A stretch of 64,000 bases of DNA from Bilabrum cf. latius. Lineage: Eukaryota. Position numbers and translations under genes: made by a program. Numbering within the stretch: the first letter of the stretch is position 1; the number at the start of each line of letters is the position of its first letter. The stretch is from the NCBI GenBank assembly GCA_965178125.1, contig OZ237737.1, forward strand, positions 372,001 to 436,000, given 5' to 3'. Of this stretch, positions 25,382-38,052 are shown in pieces. The notes under the pieces are model-generated. The model was not told the DNA's origin and made no database searches. It saw only the letters and a program-made list of their open reading frames with translations.

Positions 25382-26047
25382 CCGTATGAATGACCCAGGA
25401 GACCCAGTTCGTTTCGCCTCTTGAGAAGATGCCAGGACGAAATCAATTGGCGGGAGATAGGCCTACTTCAAATGTTATTCGTTGCTATCAAAGCTTCGAG
25501 CTCACTACTAGGACTGAGGTGTGCAGTGGTCGCATGCAGTGCTGTGGTCGATAATGCGGAGCTAATATTCTGCTCTTCTACAGCTCTAGCAGATGATGTA
25601 CGAATGGTCAAATGCTAATTTGAACCAAACCATGAAGTAAGTGTGCTGGAATGGCCAGGGTGGAGGCCTTCAAAAGCGGCAAGCCAGTGCATGGAGCACG
25701 GCAGTTGCAGCTGGTAGGCGGATCGCAGCAGCCATGGTGAATAGACATTATCCGTTGCATCCCTTCCCAGTCTTCTGCGCACCCTTGATGTGCTATCTTG
25801 ATTCCTGGGACCACCGCTGGGAACGCAAGCCACGCACATCATCAGTGGAGATAACCACATGCCCGGCTGGCGTGGGGGCTGACGTGCCGTTTCAATAGCG
25901 GCAATCCGAAACAGTTGCGCCATGCCACCAATCCATGTTATCGGTGTTACCCCGATGGCTATCCATTAAGACGCTTCGGTTGGGACACAGAGCGGTGCAG
26001 GCCTGGTCCCACACCGAGCAGGTGCTCCTTCAAGTTGCTCCTTCAAC

Positions 26048-27583
26048 TTATCTCAGCCCGAGGCCCATGCATCCTTGCAAGAAGAAATCCAGGGCGCGAG
26101 CAAATGCTGCGGAGGCAAGAGAAATAGAAGTTAGCGAAAGTTACGGCTGGATTAGAACAGCTGGTACACAGAGGCAGCCCGAGCCGAGCACTGGCACAGT
26201 CAACCAATAAAGCCGCGCAATACTCACATACTGGCCGTTCTGAGATAGACAGAGACCCGCCCTGCAGGTGCATTGCTTCCGTCCTGCTGCAGGCCCTGTG
26301 CAGATGGTGAAACAGCGTCTCCCTCGGCTATCCCTGCATCCCAGCGATTCTCTGCAACGCCCCAACGCTCAGACGGAGCACTTCGCCGCCCGTGTCTGCG
26401 CAGTTGGCCACGAGAGTAGCGACGCACCGCTTAGCATTTTCCCTCACCTTTGCCATATCGACCGCGTCTCGCTGCAGCCAGGACTCGATCAGGCGACGAA
26501 CGTTCCCTTCGGGCACGTCGGCAAGCGCAGCCTCGGCCGCCCTGCGCACGTGCTCTGCCGACGACCCGCTGGACATCTACGAGGTCACAAGCGCGCTGCG
26601 GGTGCTGGCAGAGCACGGGCTGCCCCCCGAGGACATGGTCATGAGCCTGGGCTGCCACAGGAGCCACTCCCTTGTGCTCGCCTCATCGCCCGTGGCGCCC
26701 ACGAGCACTTGCCCGTGCAAGAAAAACTTTTTCTTTGCGATCATGCGGAGGGAAATGTTGGCCCCCAGCCCCAGTCCCATGCACAGGAGCACCGCCTTGG
26801 TGCCGAGCTGCTGCAGCACGTCGAGCACCCCGTCAGTAATCCGGTCAATGCTCGGGTATTTGCCCTGCTCCTTCTCGTTCCAGAGAGGAGCCCCTGCGTG
26901 CTAGCCTGGAAGATCAACCATGAGTACCCTGGCGTTCCGCAAGACGGGGTGGCCCCTCAGTGATCGAAGCATGGCACTGAAGGCCATCCTGCAAGGCGTG
27001 CCAATGTCTGGAAGCAGCACAATGGTAACTTTGCCGCCCTTCTCTCCGGCAGTTGTCACAAGGAGCGGTCCAGCAGCCTTTGTAATCATGATCTCAGAGC
27101 CCACAATGTTAGCTTCAACGACCTTTGCCTGCACTTTCGCAACCGCACGCTCTCCATCTGATTTCGGCGATGAAGCATCTCCCCTGGGATCATCGTCGCG
27201 GACCGCAGCCGTCTGCGGCTAACCTTTGCCTTCATTTGTGTCTTCTCCTGCAAACCCGGTCTCATCTGCAAACTCAACGGCATCCATGCGTTGCTGGGCT
27301 TCAATGGCCTTCTCGTGGCGACGTGTCATCTTTGAGACGACTGGTCCCTGAACAGGCTTCTGCGGGTTTATGAGATGGCTTCTACACAATATACTTATGA
27401 GTCGGCCAACCTTTGCAATCGCATCGCAGGCATCGCGGAGCCCGAGTTGAAACACGTGGACAAGCGACCTACCTCGAATGAAACAAACACCAACCAGGCT
27501 ATCACTGCAATGACGCACAACCCCGCAGCAGCAGTGATAGCAGGTAGTGATAATGCACTGCTAATGACTCGTCCGATCCCCAT
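26048..27583 (-). CDS. NDRG/Ndr-like alpha/beta-hydrolase-fold protein with N-terminal membrane anchor, 3 exons (27583-27473, 27359-26228, 26106-26048)
   Basis: LLPDIG, VDLPG*HAGAP (family DAPGQ), YPSID, GLGLGANI, and C-terminal ERPVSFARALDFFLQG. Ends in TAA. Confidence 0.8.
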
Positions 27584-27854
27584 GGCCTAGCAATGTGGTG
27601 ATCTCGTTTCGCTCGGCCCGCACAAGATGCAGCAGTCGTGACGAGTGCTTTTCCGTTGGGGACAAATTTCCGCTCTTGCGCAGAAGCAAAGAATCAACCC
27701 AAACAATGGGGCAGCGGGTTGGAAGACCCGTGTATATCCAGTCGTCTCGTCCGTTTTTGAACCGTGAGATTCACAAACTGGCCTTCTGTGTCGGGGTAAA
27801 AACTGCGTTGGCTCTGGCTACTGGATCCACATTATATTTGTTTCACGCACTCAT

Positions 27855-30800
27855 ATGGAGCTTGATTCTCCGCACGATTACATATATGCTGCAGTTGATG
27901 CATCAGTGTTAGAAACACTATGGTCTAGGTTCAATGATATTGCGGAGGGCTTCGCGGTGTCGCCAGCTGAGCTTCGAGCGATTTGCGATATCCCCTCAAT
28001 GTACGTAACAAAACTTGAGATCGATGCCCTGTTTCGAGCATTGGACACTGATAACAATGGCCTCGTTGACGGGCTTGAGGTGCTTGCCGTAGCTGCCATG
28101 GCCTCTGGTCTGAACGAAGGCGCGACGGCCCGCTACATCTTCCGCCTGTTCGATTTCGATGAATCGGGCGAGCTGAGTCTAGACGAAATGACGCTTGCAC
28201 TCAAGAGCGTACTTACAGGGTCGGCAAAGCTTACCGGAGAGCTGCCGCCAGAGGACCAGGAGCTGGAGCAGATCAGCCAGCTAGCATTCCTTCGCTGCGA
28301 CAAGGACGCCGACCACAGGATCACCGTTGGCGAATTCGTCGATTTCTGCCTCGAAAATCCAGAAGCTCGGTCCTGGCTAGAGTATTATGATGATCCAGAC
28401 CAGGAGGAGACGGGCGTCGCGGGGGCAGCAGCAGCCGGCGCTACTGCCGGCAGTGGCGCTGCTGGCAAGCTGCCATTGGGCGGCGGAGCGGCCGTCTCCG
28501 TCGACCCGGAATCGGAATAGGAGCTGTCCAAAGAGGCAAGGCACATGCAGGTGGCGAACGCCCGGGGGGCGGCCTTCGAGGCTGCCCGCAGGCCAGCGCT
28601 AAGAGCCACCGTTGCCGAGGCAGTGCGCCGGAGGGCCGCGGGAGCCGAGGCGCCCCCGCCCCCTGCAGACGGCCCATGGCGCGATTCCGTGCAGTCGCTC
28701 ATCCCGTCAAGCCCAGCCGAGGCCGACGAGGGTCTCCCTGACGCTGCCCTTCAGCTGGAGTACGTGCACGGGTACAGGGGCAACGACTGCAGAGACAACG
28801 TCAAGGTTGCCGGTGACGGTAGGATCGTGTTCCCTGCCGCGGGAGTGGTGGTCATTTAGGATGCGGAGACTCGGAGCTAGGAGTACTTTTTGGAGCACGA
28901 GGACGACGTGGTGTCGCTGGCGGCACACCCCAACGGAGACCTCTTCGCCTCCGGTGAGGTAGGCAAGGCTCCCAAGATCTTCGTGTGGGACGCGATGGGA
29001 AACAGCAAGAAGAAAATGGGCGGGAGGAGTGGTACAGGCGCTGGGGAATCGAAGGAGCCTGAAGCCGCCAGCGGCGCAGGGTCCTCCTCCGCACTTGGTG
29101 CCACTGGCGGCAGCGCCCGCGATGGAAGGGGAGGCCACTCCTCCGGGCCCGACGTGGAGGACGGCGAGATGCCAGACAATGACGTGGACGCGGTCGCCTG
29201 CCTCCACGGCTTCCACACCAGAGGCGTTTCATAGCTGGCGTTCTCTCCCTCTGGAAAACTGCTCGCCTCTGTCGGGCAGGACGACGACCATTCCGTGTGC
29301 GTGTACGACTGGGCGCGTGGGGAGGTGCACCACTCGGGCAAGGGCTCCGTACGGCCAGTCTACGCCGCCGCATTCCGCGACGAGAACACGCTCGTGACGG
29401 GTGGGAAGAATCACATATATTTCTGGGACATGGCTTCCAAGACGAAGAAGAAGGGCATCTTCGGGCGGGCACCCGGCGTGAGGATGCAGACAGTGGCTTC
29501 CATCCAGCCCTTTGGTGACCCGGCGGAGGGCCTCCTGGCCACGGGCATGGCCTCGGGGCACGTGTACGTGTGGAAGGACAGGAACTGCCTACGGGCCATC
29601 AGAGCCCACGACAGGGCCGTTGCCTGCCTTCATGGAATGCCGAGCGGGCTAGCGACAGGGGGCAGCGACGGCACGGTGCGGCTGTGGACGGCGGGCTTGG
29701 AGCCGAAAGCAACCCTTGACATCACCGCGTGCGGCGGCTACGACTGCGCCGTGCGCGCCGTGGAATGGCTACCTGACTCCGGCACCGTGGTGGTGGGAAC
29801 CAAGGGCTGCGAGATCTTCGAGGTCAGGGACACTGACGGGCGGGACGCGAGGGGCGGGCCAGTCATCCAGGGGCACTGCCAGAAGGAGGTCTGGGGCCTG
29901 GCCACGCATCCGGAGAGAGGCGAGTACGTGACTGTTGGTGACGATGGGACGATGCGCGTGTGGGACTCTGCCAGTCGGCAGCTTGTGAGGATCGCGAGGC
30001 TGGGGCACCCCTCGCGGGCCGTGTGCTATTCTCCGGAGGGCGACTTCATCGCGGTTGGACTGGGCAGCGGCAGGAAGCACAGCGATCCCACCAGCGAGGC
30101 CGGGCAGGCGCACGCACAGAAAGAAGGTTCCTTCCTAGTGGTTCGTTCGGCCGACCTCGCTGTAGTGCACGCGGCAAGGGACGCGACAGAATGGATCACG
30201 CAGTGCAAGTTCTCGCCGGATGGGCGCACGCTGGCTGTTGGCTCGCGAGACAGCAAGGTGTATCTCTATAACACCGAGGACTTTTCCTTAAGGGCGGTCT
30301 GCACCCGGAATTCCTCCTTTGTTACGCACATCGATTTCTCGTCGACCGGGGATTACATCCAGTGCACGGATGGTGCCCATGAGCTCCTCTTCTACCACGC
30401 CGAGGACGGCAAGCAGGAGGCATCGAGTGCCACCATGAAGGACGTCAAATGGGCCACGCAGACGTGCACGCTCGGCTGGGCCGTGCAGGGCGTGTGGCCT
30501 CCGTACGCGGACGGCACGGACGTGAATGCGCTGGATCGTGCAAGGGGCGGGGACGTGGTTGCGGCTGCAGACGATTTCGGCAGGGTGACGCTGCGGCGGT
30601 TCCCTGCGCTGCTGCCCTCTGCGATCGCCACGGAATCGTTGGGTCACTCGTCACACGTGACGAACGTTCGGTTCACGGCCGGAGACCGCCACCTGATCAG
30701 CGTGGGAGGGAATGACAAGTCCGTGTTCCAGTGGCGCGTGTACGGGGACACGGGCCCCGGCGTGGATGCTCCGCCGGAAGAGCACGCGGTGCCGTTTGAG

Positions 30801-33800
30801 CCTCCAGAGGAAAGCGCGGCCGCCGCCGGTGCTGGGGGTAGGAAGGGCCGCACGGCGACTCGTCGCGCCCTGGATGGCGAGGACATCGACTCAGAGGACG
30901 AGGAGGACCTCGTGGATGGAGAGGAGCTGGGCCAGAGCGATGAGGCCCGCGCTGCCAAGTCGGACGACGCAGAGGCGAGGATGAGGATCAAGGAGGCAGC
31001 CGAGGCCGCAGCGGCGGGCACGCCGGGAGGCATGGCTGCCCTGACGGTCGATCTGCGGCCGTGGATGGGCACCCTTGTGAAGCCATCGGCCCCGCCTGGA
31101 TCCGACCCGGAGCTGCCCGATTGCAACCCCAGGCTGGAGTGGGTCCACGGCTACGCGGGTAGGGGCTTCCGAGGTAACGTGCACTATACGTCGGAGAGGG
31201 AGGCCGTCTGGTTTGCGGCCGCCGTGGCCGTCGTGATGGACCCCCGCCGCTGGTCCCAGAGGTTCTTCACTGGTCACACGGACGACGTGTGCTCCATCGC
31301 GAGGCACCCAGACGGCATCCACTTCGCCACGGGACAGCTGGGTGCTGAGCCTTACGTGTGCGTTTGGAGAGCCGACACGTTGGAGGAGGTCTCCCGACTC
31401 AAAGGGGCCCACGAGAGGGGCGTGTGCCAGCTCGCGTTCAGCGGCGATGGGAAGAGGTTGGCGTCCGTTGGGCTTGATGATAACCACTCCTTTGTGGTGT
31501 GGGACTGGCGCGCTGGTTCGCCCGTGTACAGCGGGCCCGGGTCGAAGCGCAAGACGCTTGGCGTCGCGCTCTCTGAAGACGGGCGGAGGTTGCTCCAGGC
31601 AGGCGTGAAGACCATCGTGGTGCACGGGCAGCAGGGCAGGAACGCGGTCAGTAGGCGGGTGAGGCTGGGGCGGCTTGGTTCGCTGCAGACGTTCCTATGC
31701 GCACAGATTCACGCGCCTGACGGGCCCGATGGGGAGGAGGTCGGCCTCGTCGGGACCGCGGACGGGCACGTGTACGTTGTGGATCTGGGTCGAAGGGTGC
31801 TTGCAGGGGCCGTCAGCGCACACAGTGGCAGCGTGTGCTCGATTGCCACCGGTGGGCCCCGTGGCTGCGTGCTCACGGGTGGAAAGGACGGCGCGATCAA
31901 GAAATGGTCGGCGCGCATGGAGCCTGACGAGTTCCGAGGAGGTCCGGGCTCCGACGCCGGCAAGGGTGGCCATTCGGGCGGGGGCAGCACCGACGCCATC
32001 TCGCTAGAGGTACAAGGGTCGGCGGGCAAGTCGGCGCGTGCCGTAGCATGGTCCCAGTGCGGGACCAGGATCCTTGCGGGCTCGTCGGGATGCGAGGTGT
32101 TCGAGTTCACCGCAGAGTCGGGGGCCAACCCGCACGAGGCTCCGCTTGTGCACTCCCACTGCAAGCACGAGCTGTGGGGTCTCGCCACGCACCCGACCCA
32201 GGGCGAGTTCGTCACGTCAGGAGACGACGGGATGATCAGGATCTGGGACATCGCCGAGAAGGCTTGCAAAGCGGTGCTGTCCATCGGCGGCATGGCGAGA
32301 GCAGTGGCCATGTCTCCGGACGGCAACGCCATCGCGGTTGGCATGGGAGGGCGGGTGGGGGCTGGGCGCAGCCGTGACGACGGCACGGTGCAGCTGTTGG
32401 CACTGGACCGGCAGTCCGACGGAACCATCGGTGGCAAGGTCCTTGCGCGGCGCCGCGACTCCCGCGAGTGGATCCAGGACATCAAGTTCTCGCCCGACGG
32501 ACGGACCATTGCGGCCGCCTCGCACGACAACAAGGTGTACCTCTACTCTGCCTCAGAGCAGGGCATGCCCCTCCGTGCGGTATTTGACAGACACCACTCA
32601 TTCATCACCCACATCGACTTCAGCAAGGACTCGAGACGGATTCAGAGCACCTGCGGGGCGCACGAACTCCTCTTTAGCGACGCGCAGACCGGTGCTCACA
32701 TCCCATCCGCTGCGGCGGTCAAGGACATCGAGTGGGCCACACAGACGTGCACGCTCGGCTGGGCCGTGCAGGGCGTGTGGCCTCCGTACGCGGACGGCAC
32801 GGACGTGAATGCGCTGGATCGTGCAAGGGGCGGGGACGTGGTTGCGGCGGCAGACGATTTCGGCAGGGTGACGCTGCGGCGGTTCCCTGCGCTCGACCCG
32901 GAGGCGTCGTGCAAGCAGCTGCTGGGTCACTCATCACACGTGACGAACGTTCGATTCGCTGCGGGCGATTCGCACCTCATTAGCGTGGGAGGCGGTGACC
33001 GTTGCGTGTTCCAGTGGCGGCTCGAAGACGACAGAGAGGCGGCCAAGCAGCTTCGGGAATCTGTCTTTGCAGGCCAGGAAGCCGTGGACGAGGACGCGGA
33101 GCTCCCGATCGAGGTGTATCGCAAGGACATGACGCAGGCGATGCGGGGCCAGGCCCCGCTCCCGTCGGCCGCCGATGGGGAGGAGGTCACCGGTGAGCTA
33201 GGGGCTGCGCTCGATGGCGCGGCCCTCGCGCAGCTCACCTCTGGAGCCACCAGCGGCGCTGATGGGTCACTTGGCGGTGGAGCCCGCGGTGGGGGCACAG
33301 GTCGCGCCGTTGATGCGCCAGCAGCTCCGGTGACGACCTCCACTGAGGGAGTGAGGGTCAGAGCAGCCAGCGCCGTGGTGGCGCTGGGCGTGAAGGAGAA
33401 CGCATCCGTGCCAGCAGGAGCGATTGCCACGGCAACGATGGACCAGTCGAAGCGCACCGCCATGGGCGTGGTTGGAGGAGGTGGGCCCGGCGGCGGGTCC
33501 TTTGGATCTACTCCAGCGTTCCGTGGTGCTCTCGTTCCCCCCACGCACCCACCGACCGCCGTGGATGCCCCGCCGAAACCCGAGCTGCGACTAGAGTGGG
33601 CCTACGGGATTCGGGCCCGGGACGCGAGGGGTGCCTGCGGGTACAACAGCACGGGTGCTCTCGTGTACGCGACCGCCGCTCTGGGGGTCGTCTATGATCA
33701 TGCCAAGCACACGCAGGTCTTCTACACTGGCCACGACGACGACGTCGTGTCGCTTGCTGTGGACCCCAGCGGTCGATTCGCGGCGACGGGTCAGCTCGGG

Positions 33801-35579
33801 TACAGGCCACGGGTGCACGTGTGGGACGCGCACTCCGGCGCGGGCTTGTGCGTGCTCCCCGTCGTGCACGGGAGCGCCGTCACTCGGCTCAGCTTCTCGG
33901 CCGACGGGAAGTCCCTCTTCTCAGCGGACGATGGGGAACCCTACACCGTCGCCATGTATTCCACGGGCTCGGGCGCATGGACCGATGGCGCGTTGCGGGC
34001 GCAGGGAACGGGGGAGCGGAAGCGGTGCTTCTTCGTGCAGGCGCTGCCCGGTGCTGACTCTAGTGCTCCGAGCGCAGCAGGCAGCGACGAAGAGTTTGTC
34101 GCGGCTACGGGCGGCAAGAACCACGTGAGGTTCTGGAGAAGGGAGGGCCGCACGCTCGAGTGCGTGAGAGGTCTCTTCGGCTCCAAGGGACGGATCCAGA
34201 GCGTGCTGTCGGCCGCCGTGGTGCGCGGCAGCCTCGTCACTGGGACGGCCAGCGGGCACCTCTACCGGTGGAAAGGAAGGGTGGTCGAGAACGCGACGCC
34301 CACGAGCGACGGTGGCAACAAGCTGCGGTCGGTGTACTGGATCGATGCACGCGGCGCTGCCGTGGTGCTGGGCCTGCGAGACGGTACGGTGAGGGTCTTC
34401 GACGCCGACCTCAAGCCGCACGACACGATCAAGCTGGATGATGCCCAGGAGAAATCGATGGACAGTGCAGTGCACGCCGTGCAGCTGCGCAGCGACGGCG
34501 AGGTGCTGCTGGCGGTGACTCGCGGCAGCGAGATCTACGAGGTGGCGCTGGCCACTGGGACGGTCACTCTCAGGGCGGAAGGGCACAGCGCCGACGAGCT
34601 CTGGGGACTCGCCGCGCACCCCTCGGCCCCGGAGCTGGCTCTGACAGCCGGTGACGACGGCAGCGTGCGCCTGTGGGACCTGCGGACTCACCGCGCGGCT
34701 CGCAAGGCCGTGCTGGAGGGCATGGCGAGAACGGTGTCATGGTCACCGGACGGGACCGTGGTGGCCGTTGGGCTGGGTGGGAGGATCGGTGGCAGGAACA
34801 CGAGGTGGAAGACGCTCGCGCCGGCAACGACGGGAGGCGGCGCCGGCATGAGCCGGCAGGAAGCAGCCAGTGCGGCGGGTGCCTCTGGGTCGAGCGCAGG
34901 CCGCGACGGTGTGTTTTCGCTGCTGCGGGCCGACACTCTCGAGGCTGTACACGAGGCAAGGGACACGACCCGTCCGCTCACCGCGCTCAAGTTCAGCGCG
35001 TCGGGGCAGCTCCTGGTGGCGGGGTCTCGGGATGGCAAGGTGTACGTGTACGACGCCAGGGGAGGCAGGTTTGCGCTGAGCCGAACGCTGTCCCGCCACG
35101 TCAGCGCGGTGACACACGTTGACGTCAGCATCGACGGGTCGCTCGTAAGGTCCCAGTCCACTAGCTACGAGCTCCTGTTTGGCCGCACCGACCAGGAGGG
35201 TGAAGTGGGCCGCGCCGAGGAGGTGCGTGACACGGCCTGGCACACCGAGACGCTGCCTATTGGATGGGCCCAGATGGGGGTCTGGCCTCCAAGCGCGGAC
35301 GGGACGGACATCAATGCCGTGGACAGGTCCCGTTCGGGGCAGCTGCTCGCGTCGGCGGACGATTTCGGAGGCGTGAAGCTGTACCGGTATCCCGCCTGCC
35401 CGCCGGGCACCGAGGGAGGTAGGTGGCGGCAGGCCTACTTCAAGAGGTACCACGGCCATGCTTCGCACGTAACCTGCGCTCGCTTCACTGCGGGTGATAA
35501 GTACTTGCTCACGACGGGCGGCGCGGATCGCACCCTCCTGCAGTGGCGGGTGATCGGGAATGACAGCATGTTGTAGTGA
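27855..35579 (+). CDS. EF-hand + EML5/6-like (three HELP/WD40 TAPE modules) microtubule-associated protein, about 2574 aa
   Basis: EF loops DTDNNGLVD, DFDESGELS, DKDADHRIT. HELP motifs LEYVHGY, LEWVHGY, LEWAYG. Many WD40 repeats. One frame with TAG at 28518, 28857, 28878, 29232 and 35574; TGA at 35577. Confidence 0.92.
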
Positions 35580-35962
35580 CGGTGCTGTCAACCACAGGAT
35601 ACTAGTAGCCTACCTCAGCTGCACGTTCTCTTCGTAGAAAGCCGCCTAAGCAGTGGACCGCACACACTCCTCAAACACAGAAAAAATCCCCAGTGCACGA
35701 AGACTTGATTGGTCACGCCGTGACCGTGACCCCGTTCTGGTGTAAATTCATAATTGCTTGCAGTGCCAATGAATGTAGAAGGGCAAGTCATTTAAAACTA
35801 GCATTTTGTGAAAGCGCATTTTGTGTGGCACGTTGACCTGGTGTTCTGGTGGTGTCTGAGTCGCTGTGCATCTGACCTGGCAGCCGTGTCCTGCCAGCAG
35901 GCCTGCGCACAACTCAAGTAGACAGCACCACAGCAGGCAGCCTGCCGGTTAGACCTTGCCCA

Positions 35963-37777
35963 TCATTCAGTCTGGTACACCACGTCCTTGATCGGCTCGA
36001 TCGAAGGGCCCACCTCCTCGCTCCCGAGCTCAAAGGTGATGGAAGCGGCCTTGGAGTCGAAGCTGTCGGGCGTAGAGAGACGCACGGTGTGCTTGCCGTC
36101 TTGCCCCCTGCCCAGCGGAAAGCTAAAGTAGGCCACCTTGGTCCCGCGGCCGAGCCCGATCGCCGACATCATGCCCTGGGAGTACACCTCGAAGGTGAGG
36201 GTCGCCACCTCTGGCACGCGCAGTTCGAGCGTCTTGCTGTTGTCCTTGAAGGTGGCCACACCGTGCTTAACCGAGGCTTTCGGGGACTTCCACTTGGTCT
36301 TGTCCTTGGGGCACCCGTGCAGCCGTGCCTGCAGCTGGGTCTTCTTGACCTTGCTGCCGAGCGAGTCGAGGCCGTGCAGTGCCAGGATCCTGACCGTCCG
36401 CTTGCTCTTCACCGCGAGGTTCTCGCCCTTGAAGGAGAAGCCCTCCAGCATCTTGCTCGAGTCCAGCAGGTGCTTGGGCTTGAGCTGGTAGCCCCCCGTT
36501 CCTAGGAAGAAGCCTTGGTTGGTCTGCACGGCCTTGGCGTTGGCCGACCGACCAAGTCGATGGTTCTAGCCATTCACAGCGACGACTTGAACCCCCTGGT
36601 GCCACTGCGGGGCCGGATCATCGTTGCCCGACAGGATTGCCCATCCAGGCGGGTACGAGCGCAAGAAGGCGAAAGTGTCGTATTTGACCATCTCAACCGA
36701 GTCTTTCGCGGCCATCTTGACCATCTTGTTGCTGTTGAAGGAGTGCGACACCGGGCGGTCCGGTAGTTCCCAGCTATCCTTCTTCTTCTTTTGGTTGGGG
36801 ATGGCAACCAGAGCCTTCAATTCTTCCACCATGGGTGGCTTGTCCTTATGCTTGCCGCTGTCGGTACCCGCTGCTGACTTCGCAGAGATGGTCTCGCCTC
36901 CCCTGAGGGCCTCATCGGATTCCTCCGTCTGCAACAGAAGCTCAATTTCTGCGTCTGTTATCTCTTTCTTGTCTGCCCCATCCACCTCGTCGTCGTTTTC
37001 GTCCTCGTTCTGCTTGTCCTTGCCCAGCTTCTCGAGGCGCTTTATGTCCTCGGGCGTGAGCTCGGCAGTGTCCTCGGTCCGCGCCGCTGCCAGCTCCTTC
37101 TCTTCTTCCGTCGGCTGAACCAGGTTGCCATCTTCTCCTGCGACAGGCAGAGGGACGCCCGGCTTGTCGCGGATCACCACCTTGCCCCTCAGCTCATCGG
37201 GGCTCGGGAACTGGCGGGGCCGCGGGTTCGGCGGAACGTACAGCATGTCGCCGAGCTCCGTCTTCAGGATCTCGGCCAGAGTCTTCTGTCCATCAGGGGA
37301 GCAGTGGTCCTCCAGAGTCAAGATCAGAGGGAGGTCAGAGTACCGCTCGTTTTCAGGGTTGAATGCCCACTGCTTGATCGCCTTGATCCCATCGATAAAC
37401 AGGAACTTCCCGGTAGGAGCTGGCCCATGCTTGACCTCAGGCCCGTCTGGTCCATCGTACACGTCGTACTCGATCACCTTGAAGCCCAGCCGCAGCAGTC
37501 GCTCAATCGCCCCTGTGCTAGTGGTGCCAACTAGCTAGTCTCCGTCCAGGTAAGAATTGTGCGACGACGAGACAAAGTAGTGGGACAGCGGATGAGTCAG
37601 ATCTTGTTCTACATTCGATGAGAGAAGGGTATCCAGATTCGGCTCTGGTGGAGTGCCATGAGCCTGGGCTGCTCCGCGGACCCCGGCGGCACTGAGCACC
37701 TTCTGCTGGGCCTCCTCGTGACGCGCTGATACGCAGAGTGCCGCAGAAATGGCCATCATGTATAATGCTGAAATCAT
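35963..37777 (-). CDS. Phosphoinositide-specific phospholipase C (X, Y and C2 domains), copy A, 604 aa
   Basis: YFVSSSHNSYLDGD*L, IEYDV, VKHG, LTLEDHC, SPDELRGK, LRSYP, GVQVVAVNG*, GGYQLKP, then C2. TAG at 37535 and 36566. Ends TGA. Confidence 0.93.
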
Positions 37778-38052
37778 TGTGTCCAGTCTAAGTGCGGTTT
37801 TCGGTCGATGCCGGGCTTTCCCCGAGCACGCTGGCTATTTTCGATCGGTGGATGCACTTAGCGGAACAATGCTTTTGCGCGGCGCCATGTGGTTTATGTG
37901 TGCCTGTTGCGAGTACTTTCACTACAAAGTCGAGAGCGGTGTATGAGTCGCTGTGCATCTTTCTGGGTGGCAGCCGTGTCCTGCCAGCAGGCCTGCGCAC
38001 AACTCAAGTAGACAGCACCACAGCAGGCAGCCTGCCGGTTAGACCTTGCCCA

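Noticed and set aside
37535-37537. Pyrrolysine or UAG-to-UGG editing as the meaning of TAG
   Set aside because: The context is eukaryotic, TAG is used across all gene types, and it aligns to Gln rather than Trp.
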